64,000 bases of DNA, from assembly GCA_902529785.1 (NCBI GenBank), contig CABZXV010000001.1, forward strand, positions 22,215 through 86,214. The letters run 5' to 3'. Both the position numbers and the translations under genes were made by a program. This stretch comes from an uncultured Pelagibacteraceae bacterium (GTDB lineage Bacteria > Pseudomonadota > Alphaproteobacteria > Pelagibacterales > Pelagibacteraceae). Shown piece after piece: positions 1 through 9,093 of the stretch. Positions within the stretch are counted from its first letter, which is position 1, and every line of letters begins with the position of its first letter. Under the pieces are notes generated by a model. It did not search any database. It saw only the letters and a program-made list of their open reading frames with translations, and had not been told where the DNA came from.

Positions 1-68
1 TTTGCATCAGAAATAATTTTTTTCAAGTCTCTTGAGGGAATATCTCTAATATGAAGAAAATTTTTCAT
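1..68 (-). CDS. argF: Ornithine carbamoyltransferase, N-terminus only (runs off the window edge)
   Basis: Minus strand from ATG at 68 reads MKNFLHIRDIPSRDLKKIISDA. It has an ATGA overlap with the argD stop, and argD-argF synteny is typical of alphaproteobacteria. Confidence 0.75.
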   Translation of the reverse strand, partial: MKNFLHIRDIPSRDLKKIISDA

Positions 69-1237
69 TTTTTTTTGTATTTATCACAAACTTTATTGAT
101 GATTTTTAAAGCCATATTTATTTCATTTTTATTAACATTTAATGGCGGTAAAATTCTTATAACATTTTCAGCTGCTCTGATTGTTAATAATTTATTTTTC
201 GTTAGACTTTGTATAAATTTTGTCTGGTCATAATGTAATTGTATTCCCAAAATTAATCCTTTTCCTCTTATTTCTTTAATAATATTTGGAAATTTATTTT
301 TAATTTTATTTAATTCTGAAATAAAATATTTTGAATTACTTTTAACTTTTGAAAGAAAGCCTTTTTTAAAAATTTCATCCATCACAGCATTCCCAACTGA
401 CATTGCTAAGGGGTTTCCCCCAAAAGTGGATCCATGTGTACCTGGAACCATAGCCTTGGAAACTTTTTTTGTCATTAACACTGCGCCAATTGGAAATCCA
501 CCTCCAATTCCTTTTGCTATTGGAACTATATCTGGTTTTATATTTGCATATTCATATGAAAAAAACTTGCCTGATCTTCCAACTCCACACTGGACTTCAT
601 CTAAAATAAGAAGAATTTTTTTTTTATCACAAATCTGTCTTAGTTCTTTGAGACACCAGTTAGGTATTACTTTAATACCTCCCTCACCCATTATTGGTTC
701 GACCATAATAGCTGCAGTTTTACTTGTAATTTTTCTATTTAATTCATTGTGGTTTCCAAATTTAAAATGATCAAAACCACCTACTTTTGGACCAAATCCC
801 TCTAACATTTTTTTAGATCCACTTGCGTTTATTGCTGCAATAGTTCTTCCATGAAAAGAATTTTTAATACAAAGAATTCTATTCTTTTTTGGTTTACCTA
901 GAGAATAAAAATATCTTCTTGCAACTTTTATTGCAGTCTCTGTAGCCTCTGCACCACTATTTTGAAAAATAACAGCATCTGCAAATGTTCTCTTTGTTAA
1001 TTTTTTAGCCAATTCCTCTCCCTCGGGAATCATGAAAGAGTTAGAAACATGCCAAAGTTTTTTTGATTGTTTATTTACTGCTTTTACTAAATTTGGGTTT
1101 GCATGACCCAAAGAATTAACAGCAATTCCTTGAACAAAATCTAAAAATTTTATTCCTTTCTTAGTATATAAATATGATCCCTTACCCCTATCAAAAGATA
1201 AGTTTCTTCTTTTATAATTTTTTGCCAAGTAACTCAT
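65..1237 (-). CDS. argD: Acetylornithine aminotransferase (class III PLP enzyme)
   Basis: Motifs NSGAEA, SFHGRT, LILDEVQCGVGRSG, AKGIGGGFPIGA, HGSTFGGNPLA. Confidence 0.93.
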   Translation of the reverse strand: MSYLAKNYKRRNLSFDRGKGSYLYTKKGIKFLDFVQGIAVNSLGHANPNLVKAVNKQSKKLWHVSNSFMIPEGEELAKKLTKRTFADAVIFQNSGAEATETAIKVARRYFYSLGKPKKNRILCIKNSFHGRTIAAINASGSKKMLEGFGPKVGGFDHFKFGNHNELNRKITSKTAAIMVEPIMGEGGIKVIPNWCLKELRQICDKKKILLILDEVQCGVGRSGKFFSYEYANIKPDIVPIAKGIGGGFPIGAVLMTKKVSKAMVPGTHGSTFGGNPLAMSVGNAVMDEIFKKGFLSKVKSNSKYFISELNKIKNKFPNIIKEIRGKGLILGIQLHYDQTKFIQSLTKNKLLTIRAAENVIRILPPLNVNKNEINMALKIINKVCDKYKKK

Positions 1238-1244
1238 ATTTTTA

Positions 1245-2057
1245 TTATGATTTAATTTTATAACCTTTATCGACTAACAAATATGCAAAATATGTAATAC
1301 CTAAACTTAATAAAGTTAGTAATCCAATTCCAAATGTTATAGAACCATCTAATTGACCAATAAATGAATATCTAAATCCGTCTATCATATGAAAAAATGG
1401 ATTATAATTACTCACAATTTTTAAAAATTCAGGTAATCTATCAATACTATAAAAAGTTCCACTTAAAAAACTTAGAGGCACAATTATAAAGTTAGTTACA
1501 GTACTCATTTGATCAAATTTATCTGCATATAATCCTACAATTATTCCCAATGATCCCATAAATAAACCACCTAAAAACAAATATATAAACCACAAGAGAA
1601 AATTTTGAACTGATAAATCTATAAAAATAATAAATATTAAAGTTGAAACTATGGCTATTAACAAACCCCTTGCAGCAGAGGCCAGGGTTATTGCACATAC
1701 GACTTCTGAAGATGATAAAGGGCTATGAATCACATCTGTGATTGTGCCCATCATTTTTCCCATCATTAAAGAAGAACTTGAATGAGCAAAACTTTGTTGA
1801 ATTACTTGCATCATTATTAGGCCGCTTGCCAAAAATTTAATATATGTTACTCCCAAAACATCTGCTCTCTGATCCCCAATAGCTAAGGAGATAACTGTTA
1901 AAAATAATATGCTTGTAAGTATAGGACCAAATAAAGTCTGCCCAGATACAGTTAAAAATCTTAGAATTTCCTTTTTAAATAAAGAATAAGTTCCAACCCA
2001 GTTGACAAAACCGAATCTTCTTACTCCTTTTTGATATTTTTTATGCAATTCAACCAT
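1245..2057 (-). CDS. ABC-2 type transporter permease (YadH-like)
   Basis: Six hydrophobic segments; motifs PLSFLSGTFYSI and NPFFHMIDGFRY; usual position between gcrA and argD. Confidence 0.85.
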   Translation of the reverse strand: MVELHKKYQKGVRRFGFVNWVGTYSLFKKEILRFLTVSGQTLFGPILTSILFLTVISLAIGDQRADVLGVTYIKFLASGLIMMQVIQQSFAHSSSSLMMGKMMGTITDVIHSPLSSSEVVCAITLASAARGLLIAIVSTLIFIIFIDLSVQNFLLWFIYLFLGGLFMGSLGIIVGLYADKFDQMSTVTNFIIVPLSFLSGTFYSIDRLPEFLKIVSNYNPFFHMIDGFRYSFIGQLDGSITFGIGLLTLLSLGITYFAYLLVDKGYKIKS

Positions 2058-2184
2058 AAGTAATTATTAATAAACATTTTTTTTAATAATTGTTAAAAAA
2101 CAAAAAAAAAAGCTTGTTATAAATGATATATTATGATTTCAAGATAATGTTATATATATTATAAGTAATACTAAATGTAGTAAT

Positions 2185-2682
2185 ATGAGCTGGACAGATG
2201 AAAAAGTTAATAAATTGCGGGATCTTTGGGGTAAAGGTCAAACTGCCAGTCAAATCGCTGAAATAATTGGGGGCGTAAGTAGAAATGCTGTTATAGGTAA
2301 AGCTCATAGGCTAAACTTATCGGCAAAAATTAAAACAAGATCAACATTATCCCATAATAATACAATCACAACATCTCAAAGCAATAATTCATTTAAAAAA
2401 GGCAGCAGAAAACATAGGTTTAGATCTTTACTATTAGATAAGAACTTTGAACCAGCTAAAAATCTCAAATTAGAGGATTTAAATGAAAATACTTGCAAAT
2501 ACATGGAGGGCAATCCTGATGAAAAAGACTCATCTTTTTGTGGAAGAAAAACTATAGAAAAGTTTTCTTATTGTCCTTTACACCTAATGATAGTTTTCCA
2601 ACCTAAAGGAAAAAGGGATGAAGTTGTAGATAAAGAAGATGAAGTTCCGAAGTTTATAGAAAAAAAGGTAAAATCAGCTTAA
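2185..2682 (+). CDS. gcrA: GcrA cell-cycle regulator
   Basis: N-terminal HTH MSWTDEKVNKLRDLW...ASQIA...VSRNAVIGKAHRLNL; C-terminal C..FC..YC..H. Confidence 0.95.
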   Translation: MSWTDEKVNKLRDLWGKGQTASQIAEIIGGVSRNAVIGKAHRLNLSAKIKTRSTLSHNNTITTSQSNNSFKKGSRKHRFRSLLLDKNFEPAKNLKLEDLNENTCKYMEGNPDEKDSSFCGRKTIEKFSYCPLHLMIVFQPKGKRDEVVDKEDEVPKFIEKKVKSA

Positions 2683-2683
2683 A

Positions 2684-2947
2684 TTATTTTAATATTTTTT
2701 CTTTAGCCTTTTTAAATTCATCATCATTTAAAACACCCGTATCGTGCAAATTTTTTAATTGTTTGATTTGATTTATAATCTCAAGATCATCTTTTTTATT
2801 GTCTAAATTTAAATAATTTAAATCTGACTTTTTTTCTTCATTTAAAATTTGTTTAGCTTCAACCCCTCGAGTAATAGCTTTTACTGCAATTGATAAGACA
2901 AAAGCTAGAATTACAAAGACCAAAAAATATATTATATTAGTTAACAT
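2684..2947 (-). CDS. Small membrane protein with C-terminal SHOCT domain
   Basis: N-terminal TM helix; C-terminus IKQLKNLHDTGVLNDDEFKKAKEKIL. Confidence 0.8.
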   Translation of the reverse strand: MLTNIIYFLVFVILAFVLSIAVKAITRGVEAKQILNEEKKSDLNYLNLDNKKDDLEIINQIKQLKNLHDTGVLNDDEFKKAKEKILK

Positions 2948-2951
2948 AAGT

Positions 2952-3911
2952 TTATTTAATAAGTTTTTTCTTTGAAAATTGACCCCCGCTAGTCCAATTA
3001 AAACTGTATCGGCTTATCTCATTTTCAAACTTTTTATTTGCATTCATATTTAAATCAAAATTTGTTTTATATTTTTTTGAAATAATATTATCATATTTTA
3101 AAAGCTTTAATTGATCTATAGTTAATATTGGCTTGGGCATTAATTGAAAAATTTTTGCACTAATCTTTGCTAAGAATAAGGGTAAAGGAAATAAAAGCCT
3201 TTTTTTATTTATTGATTTTAAAATTTTTATTAACATCTCTTTAAATGTAAATATTTCAGGACCAATACATTCTATAGTCTCACCTGTGATATTTTTTTGA
3301 ATGATTTCATAGATTATATTTGTAAAATCAGAAACATGTATTGGGGTAAATTTTGTATCACCATTGTAATACAAAGGCATAAATGGAAGGTTGCTTAATA
3401 AACTCATAAAGTTTGTAGTAAAATTATCATCAACGGAATATACAATAGAGGGCTTTAATATAATTGCTTTAGAAAAGTTTTTTCTTACATGTTCCTCTCC
3501 ACTTAATTTACTTTTTGCATATTCGCTATCTTTTGCATTTTCAATGCCAAGTGCAGATATATGAATGAATTGTTCTAGCGAATTTTTTAACGCCAGCTTG
3601 GATAATAAAGAAGGCAGGTCTGAGTGAAACAGGTTAAATTGATTTGGTTTTTTTTCATATAAAATTCCAATTAAGTTTATGCATATAGAGGATCTACTAA
3701 TCAAACTTGATATATTTTTCTCAGTGAATGAATTAATTTCCTCTAGTTCTAAGTAACCATAGTTTGACTGAGTTTTAATTTGGTAGCCTTTTCGGTGAAT
3801 ACTCCTAGTTACCGCAATAACTCTATAGTTATTTTTGGTAAGTTTTCTTATTAATGATTTACCTATCTGACCAGAAGCACCGAATATTAAAATTGAATCC
3901 TGATTTTTCAT
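2952..3911 (-). CDS. Complex I NDUFA9-like NAD(P)-binding SDR protein
   Basis: Motifs FGASGQIG, INLIGILYE, YAKSK. Start moved to ATG 3911 (MKNQDS) to remove the overlap with rnd. Confidence 0.88.
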   Translation of the reverse strand: MKNQDSILIFGASGQIGKSLIRKLTKNNYRVIAVTRSIHRKGYQIKTQSNYGYLELEEINSFTEKNISSLISRSSICINLIGILYEKKPNQFNLFHSDLPSLLSKLALKNSLEQFIHISALGIENAKDSEYAKSKLSGEEHVRKNFSKAIILKPSIVYSVDDNFTTNFMSLLSNLPFMPLYYNGDTKFTPIHVSDFTNIIYEIIQKNITGETIECIGPEIFTFKEMLIKILKSINKKRLLFPLPLFLAKISAKIFQLMPKPILTIDQLKLLKYDNIISKKYKTNFDLNMNANKKFENEISRYSFNWTSGGQFSKKKLIK

Positions 3912-3927
3912 ATATATATATCTATCA

Positions 3928-4539
3928 ATGAATTTAGATATTAAATTACATAAAATAGATTTACCAGATGAAATAAGTTTCAGTGACAAGATAGCAATAG
4001 ATTGTGAGTTTACAGGCCTTAATCTAGAGAGGGATAGGCTTTGTTTGATACAAATATCGTCAGGAAATAATGACGCTCATATTATTCAGTTGGATAAAGA
4101 TAATTATGAAGCACCAAATCTAAAAAAAATTTTAAAAGATAAGGAAATAAATAAATTATTTCATTTTGCTAGGGCTGATCTACTTTTTATTAAAAAATAT
4201 TTAGAAGTAGATGTTGAAAATGTGAACTGTACAAAAATAATGAGTAAAATTGCAAGAGGTTATTCTGATAAACATGGTTTAAAAGATTTAATTAAAGAAT
4301 TTATAGGTATTGATGTTAGTAAACAATTACAATCATCTGATTTTGGAGGAGAATTATCTGATAAACAGTTAAAATACTGTGCTCAAGATGTTGTATATTT
4401 GCACAAAATTTATGAATCCTTGCAAAAAATTCTTATTAGGGAAAAAAGAATAGATCTTTATTTTAAAACAATTAAATTTATTAATACAAGAGTTGAATTA
4501 GATTTTGCTTCATTTAAAGAAGATATCTGGTCACACTAA
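3928..4539 (+). CDS. rnd: Ribonuclease D-like 3'-5' exonuclease (short form)
   Basis: DEDDy motifs IAIDCE, DRLCLIQ, FHFARAD, YCAQDV. Confidence 0.88.
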   Translation: MNLDIKLHKIDLPDEISFSDKIAIDCEFTGLNLERDRLCLIQISSGNNDAHIIQLDKDNYEAPNLKKILKDKEINKLFHFARADLLFIKKYLEVDVENVNCTKIMSKIARGYSDKHGLKDLIKEFIGIDVSKQLQSSDFGGELSDKQLKYCAQDVVYLHKIYESLQKILIREKRIDLYFKTIKFINTRVELDFASFKEDIWSH

Positions 4540-4540
4540 A

Positions 4541-5521
4541 ATGAAAGATAAAAAATTAGTTAGTATTGCTAAAGAGGTAATTAAGCTTGAATTGGAATCT
4601 TTAAAAAAGCTTCAATCTAATATTAACAACTCTTATGAAAAAATAATTAAAACTATTATCAATTGCAAGAATGGTAAAATTATAATTTCAGGAGTAGGTA
4701 AGAGTGGAATAATTGGCAGAAAATGGTCTGCAACACTTTCATCAACTGGCACACCATCTTTTTTTTTAGATGCATCAGATGCAAGTCATGGGGATATGGG
4801 TCAAATCAATTCGAATGATGTTGTTATACTAATAAGCTTAAGTGGTCAAAGTGATGAATTAAAAAATATAATTCAATATACATCCAGAAACAGAAATATA
4901 AAGTTAATTGGAATTACTTCAAAAAAAGATTCTATTTTATATAAAAACTCAGATGTAAAATTTTTATTGCCAAATGTAAAGGAAGCTGGTCCAGGAAGCT
5001 TTGTACCAACCTCTTCTACCACAGTTCAGATTGCACTAGGAGATGCAATTGCTATCACATGTATGAGATATAAGAAATTTGGAGAAATAGATTTCAAAAA
5101 ATTTCACCCTAGTGGATCCTTATCAATTAAACTTAAAACAGTTGAGGATTTAATGTTAATTGGCAATAAAATTCCTTTTATTTCTGAAAATGTAAATATG
5201 AGAAATGCTTTAAAAATTATATCAAAAAAAGGGCTTGGTGTATTAATAGTAAAAAATAAAAATAACTTTACAACTGGAATACTTACAGACGGTGATTTAA
5301 AAAGACTTACGAATTTAGATTTAAGTTCTAATAATTTAAAAATAAAAAAAGTAATGAAAAAAAATCCTATTAGTGTTGATAAAAATATGCTTGCTGCGGA
5401 AGCCTTGTCAATTATGACTACAAAAAAAATTACAAGCTTGTGTGTACATCAAAATAATAAAAAAAGTAAGACTGTTGGTTTTATTCACATACACAATATT
5501 TTAGATGCAAACATAACATAG
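4541..5521 (+). CDS. kdsD: KpsF/GutQ arabinose-5-phosphate isomerase (SIS + CBS domains)
   Basis: Motifs GVGKSG, HGDMG, PTSSTT, FHPSGSL, GILTDGDL; start at ATG 4541. Confidence 0.92.
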   Translation: MKDKKLVSIAKEVIKLELESLKKLQSNINNSYEKIIKTIINCKNGKIIISGVGKSGIIGRKWSATLSSTGTPSFFLDASDASHGDMGQINSNDVVILISLSGQSDELKNIIQYTSRNRNIKLIGITSKKDSILYKNSDVKFLLPNVKEAGPGSFVPTSSTTVQIALGDAIAITCMRYKKFGEIDFKKFHPSGSLSIKLKTVEDLMLIGNKIPFISENVNMRNALKIISKKGLGVLIVKNKNNFTTGILTDGDLKRLTNLDLSSNNLKIKKVMKKNPISVDKNMLAAEALSIMTTKKITSLCVHQNNKKSKTVGFIHIHNILDANIT

Positions 5522-6331
5522 ATGTCCATCAAATCATTTATACAAATATTAATTCTTTTATTAATTTTAATTATTATTGGGGGTGTTTATATCAAGTATT
5601 TTGATACAAAAAAAAACTTAATAGAGGAAGTAAATATATCAGATCAAATAAAGTCTGAAGAACTTGAAAAATTAGAGGAGAAAATATTAGATCTGGAGGA
5701 AAAAAATAAAGAATTATCAGAAAAAATAGAAAATAATGAAATCTCTACAATAGAGAAACTAAAAGTCATTGAAAATAACAATATTGAGAAAAATAAAATT
5801 AATAAAAAAGAAAATTTAGAAGAAATTAAAAATAAAAAAGTAAATAAAGATATACAAGATAAAAAAAACAAAAAAATTATCAAAAAAGAAGCTAAAACAA
5901 AAAATCTTGTTAAAAATCTGGAATACACATCGGTAGATCAAAGGGGAAATAAATTTCACCTCATAGCGACTTCGGGTAAAACAAATGAAAATGAAAAAGA
6001 TATTTTAGATCTAGAAAATGTCAAAGGCAAAATAACATCTGATAAAAGAGATACGATTAATATAGTCTCTGATTTTGCTCAATATAACTCATTAAATTTG
6101 AATTCAAAATTTTATCAAAATGTAATAATAAATTATCAAGATAAAGAAATTACATGTATAAATTTTGATATAAATATGGACACAAATAAAGCTATAGCCT
6201 ATGAGAATGTTGTTATTACTGATCCTCAGTCTATTATGAAAGCAGGTTTAGTAGAGTTTGATCTAAAGACAAAAGATATAATAATTAATCCTGATAGTAC
6301 TCAATCAAAAATTAAAATTGTTAAAAACTAA
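5522..6331 (+). CDS. lptC: LptC-like LPS export protein with coiled-coil insertion
   Basis: N-terminal TM anchor, beta-rich C-terminal half, located between kdsD and lptB. Confidence 0.7.
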   Translation: MSIKSFIQILILLLILIIIGGVYIKYFDTKKNLIEEVNISDQIKSEELEKLEEKILDLEEKNKELSEKIENNEISTIEKLKVIENNNIEKNKINKKENLEEIKNKKVNKDIQDKKNKKIIKKEAKTKNLVKNLEYTSVDQRGNKFHLIATSGKTNENEKDILDLENVKGKITSDKRDTINIVSDFAQYNSLNLNSKFYQNVIINYQDKEITCINFDINMDTNKAIAYENVVITDPQSIMKAGLVEFDLKTKDIIINPDSTQSKIKIVKN

Positions 6332-7107
6332 TGGCATTAATAAAAAAATTTAGAATTAAAAAATTTAAAGACCAAAATGCTTTATTAAAACTCGATAAAA
6401 TATCTATGTTTTATAATAAGAGGCAAATTTTAAATAGTTTAGACTTAATAATCAATAAACAAGAGATACTTGGAATGTTAGGTCCTAATGGAGTTGGGAA
6501 GTCGACAATTTTTCATATTATTACTGGATTGAAAAATCCAAGCTTTGGAAAAGTTTTAATAAATGGAATTGATTGTACAAACATTCCAATATATGAAAGA
6601 GCAACAAAATTTAGAATTGGATATGTGCCTCAACATGGTGGATTTATTCAAGATCTAACCTTACATCAAAATTTATATCTGGTTGGTGAAATTCATATAA
6701 AAGAAAAGGAAATTAGAAATATGAAAATTCAAAAAATTATTTCTCAATTTGAATTTGATCCACTTTTAGGAATTAAAGCAAAATACTTATCCGGAGGTCA
6801 AAAAAAGAAATTAGTAATTGCAATGGCTTTAATAAATGATCCAAGTATTTTACTTTTAGATGAGCCATTTGCTGCACTTGATATTCTAACAATCAAAATG
6901 CTTCAAGAAATAATTGTAAACCTACAGTCTATCGACAAAATAACTGTAGTAGTTTGTGATCACCAAGCAAGGGATTTATTGAGTTGTGTGGATAGAGCTA
7001 TTGTTTTGTCTAATGGAAAGATTATTGCGTCTGGAAGCCCTGATGAAATAATTAAAGACGCGAGTGCTAGGTCAGCGTACTTTGGTGATGAATTTAAAAT
7101 AAACTAG
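6331..7107 (+). CDS. lptB: LPS export ABC ATPase
   Basis: Walker A GPNGVGKS, signature LSGGQ, LLLDEPFAALD, C-terminal YFGDEF. Confidence 0.88.
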   Translation: MALIKKFRIKKFKDQNALLKLDKISMFYNKRQILNSLDLIINKQEILGMLGPNGVGKSTIFHIITGLKNPSFGKVLINGIDCTNIPIYERATKFRIGYVPQHGGFIQDLTLHQNLYLVGEIHIKEKEIRNMKIQKIISQFEFDPLLGIKAKYLSGGQKKKLVIAMALINDPSILLLDEPFAALDILTIKMLQEIIVNLQSIDKITVVVCDHQARDLLSCVDRAIVLSNGKIIASGSPDEIIKDASARSAYFGDEFKIN

Positions 7108-7114
7108 TTGCTGC

Positions 7115-8440
7115 GTGAGTAATCATATATTAATAAGCAGTAAAATTAAAAGTTTTAAAAAACAGATCAAAGTTAGTTCTGATAAAAGTATTTCTATAAG
7201 ATCAATTCTTTTAGCTTCTCAAGCCGTGGGTACATCTAAAATTTCTAATTTACTTGAGTCAGAGGATGTAATGAATGCTCTCAAAGCAATAAAAAAACTA
7301 GGAATAAATTATAAAAAAAAAGGTGGGTCATATTATATTGATGGTTATGGTTTAAATGGTTTCAATTTTAATAAAAATATAACTATTGACGCTGGAAATT
7401 CTGGTACTCTGGCTAGATTAATTTTAGGATTATTAGTTAAAGCAAAAAAAAAGATAAAATTAATTGGAGATAAAAGTTTATCAAAAAGAGATTTTTCAAG
7501 AGTTATAAAGCCTCTTCAACTTTTTGGAGTGAAAATTAAAAGTAGACAAAAACGTCTTCCAATCGAAATAATAGGAAATGATTTTCTTAGACCAATAAAA
7601 TATAATGAGAATATTGGCAGTGCGCAGGTTAAATCTTGCATAATACTGGCAGCATTAAATACTCCAGGAAATACAATTTTGAATTCAAAACATTCAAGAA
7701 ACCATACCGAATTGATGTTAAAATTTTTAAAGTATCCTATTAAAATTCAAAAAAAAAAAAATACTGAAAAAATTTCAGTTTCCGGATTAAGTCAATTTAA
7801 AGCATTTAAATATATTGTACCTGGAGACATAAGTTCAGCATCCTTCTTTATAGTTTTAACACTTCTCTCGGAAAATTCTGAAATGTTAATAAAAAATGTA
7901 AATATAAATAAAAGTAGAAATGGGATAATAAAAATATTAAATAAAATGGGAGCAAATATAAAACTTAAAAATAAAAAGATATATAACGGAGAAGAAATAG
8001 CCGATATTTTCGTAAAAAGTAAAAATAATTTATATTCAGTAAACTGCTCCTCAAAATTAAATAGTTCTGCAATAGACGAATTTTTAATTATATTTTTAGT
8101 TGCAGCTAAATCTAAAGGTATTTCAAAATTTAAGAATTTAGGTGAGATGAATAAAAAAGAATCAAAAAGGTTAGATTTAGCAGTAAAATTTTTAACTCTA
8201 ATAGGAATAAAAGTTACAAGATTAAATGATGACATAAATATTTATGGTAATCCAAATTTAACTCTGTCTGATAATTTTGAAATAAAAAATTTTTTAAAGG
8301 ATCATAGAATATTTTTTCTTTCCTGCATTGCAGCTTTAACTTTAGGTGGGAAATGGAAAATTAATGACAAAGAGGCTATCAACACATCCTTCCCAGAATT
8401 TTTAAAAATTTTAAAAAATGTTGGAGCAAAAATAAATTGA
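7115..8440 (+). CDS. aroA: EPSP synthase
   Basis: Motifs DKSISIR, GNSGT, SAQVKS, RNHTE, PGDISSA, DHR, TSFPEF; GTG start. Confidence 0.93.
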   Translation: MSNHILISSKIKSFKKQIKVSSDKSISIRSILLASQAVGTSKISNLLESEDVMNALKAIKKLGINYKKKGGSYYIDGYGLNGFNFNKNITIDAGNSGTLARLILGLLVKAKKKIKLIGDKSLSKRDFSRVIKPLQLFGVKIKSRQKRLPIEIIGNDFLRPIKYNENIGSAQVKSCIILAALNTPGNTILNSKHSRNHTELMLKFLKYPIKIQKKKNTEKISVSGLSQFKAFKYIVPGDISSASFFIVLTLLSENSEMLIKNVNINKSRNGIIKILNKMGANIKLKNKKIYNGEEIADIFVKSKNNLYSVNCSSKLNSSAIDEFLIIFLVAAKSKGISKFKNLGEMNKKESKRLDLAVKFLTLIGIKVTRLNDDINIYGNPNLTLSDNFEIKNFLKDHRIFFLSCIAALTLGGKWKINDKEAINTSFPEFLKILKNVGAKIN

Positions 8441-9093
8441 AAAAAAGAAAAAATATTATTACTGTTGCAATTGATTCCCCTGCTGCTGCGGGCGCAGGTA
8501 CACAAGCTAAATTAATTTCTGATCATTACAACTTGTTTTATTTAGATACAGGTAAAATATATAGATACATTGGACAATTAAAATTACAATATGTCAAAAA
8601 ATTTTCTTATAAATTTATAGATAATAAAATTAGAAATCTTAAATTGAATGACCTAAACGATAAAAGACTTTTGACAAATAACGTTGCTATGTCTGCCTCA
8701 ATAGTTGCAAAAGATAAGCGAATTAGAGATATAGTACATAAATTCCAACAGATATGTGCATATAACCCCCCAAAAAAATATAATGGATCAGTTTTAGATG
8801 GGAGAGACATAATAACCGTGCAGGTTAAAGATGCTATGTTTAAATTTTATATAACTGCAAAGGTTGAAGTTAGGGCTAAGAGAAGATTTAATGAATACAA
8901 AAAGTTAAAGAGAAAGATTTCTTATAAAGAAGTGCTTAAAACCCTTAAAAAAAGGGATAAATCTGACAAAGAGAGAAAGCATGGACCATTGAAAAAAACA
9001 AAAGATTCTATCTTGATTAATACGACCAAATTAAGTAAGAAAGCGTGCTTTAAAATGATTAAATCGATTATGGATAAAAAACTAAACAATTAA
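8437..9093 (+). CDS. cmk: Cytidylate kinase with atypical P-loop
   Basis: Motifs LDTGKIYR, VLDGRDI, RAKRR, RDKSD; aroA-cmk-rpsA synteny. Confidence 0.88.
   Translation: MKKRKNIITVAIDSPAAAGAGTQAKLISDHYNLFYLDTGKIYRYIGQLKLQYVKKFSYKFIDNKIRNLKLNDLNDKRLLTNNVAMSASIVAKDKRIRDIVHKFQQICAYNPPKKYNGSVLDGRDIITVQVKDAMFKFYITAKVEVRAKRRFNEYKKLKRKISYKEVLKTLKKRDKSDKERKHGPLKKTKDSILINTTKLSKKACFKMIKSIMDKKLNN

Noticed and set aside
2058-2184. Possible CtrA box upstream of gcrA
   Set aside because: The best candidate is TTAA-N6-TTAA (2083-2096), not N7, and TTAA is very common in this DNA.
3912-3989. N-terminal extensions in the ORF track (NDUFA9-like to 3989; also kdsD from 4505, 40646, 40432 and rpmI from 56189)
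   Set aside because: The extensions overlap neighbouring genes or precede the family-typical N-terminus, so downstream ATGs were chosen.
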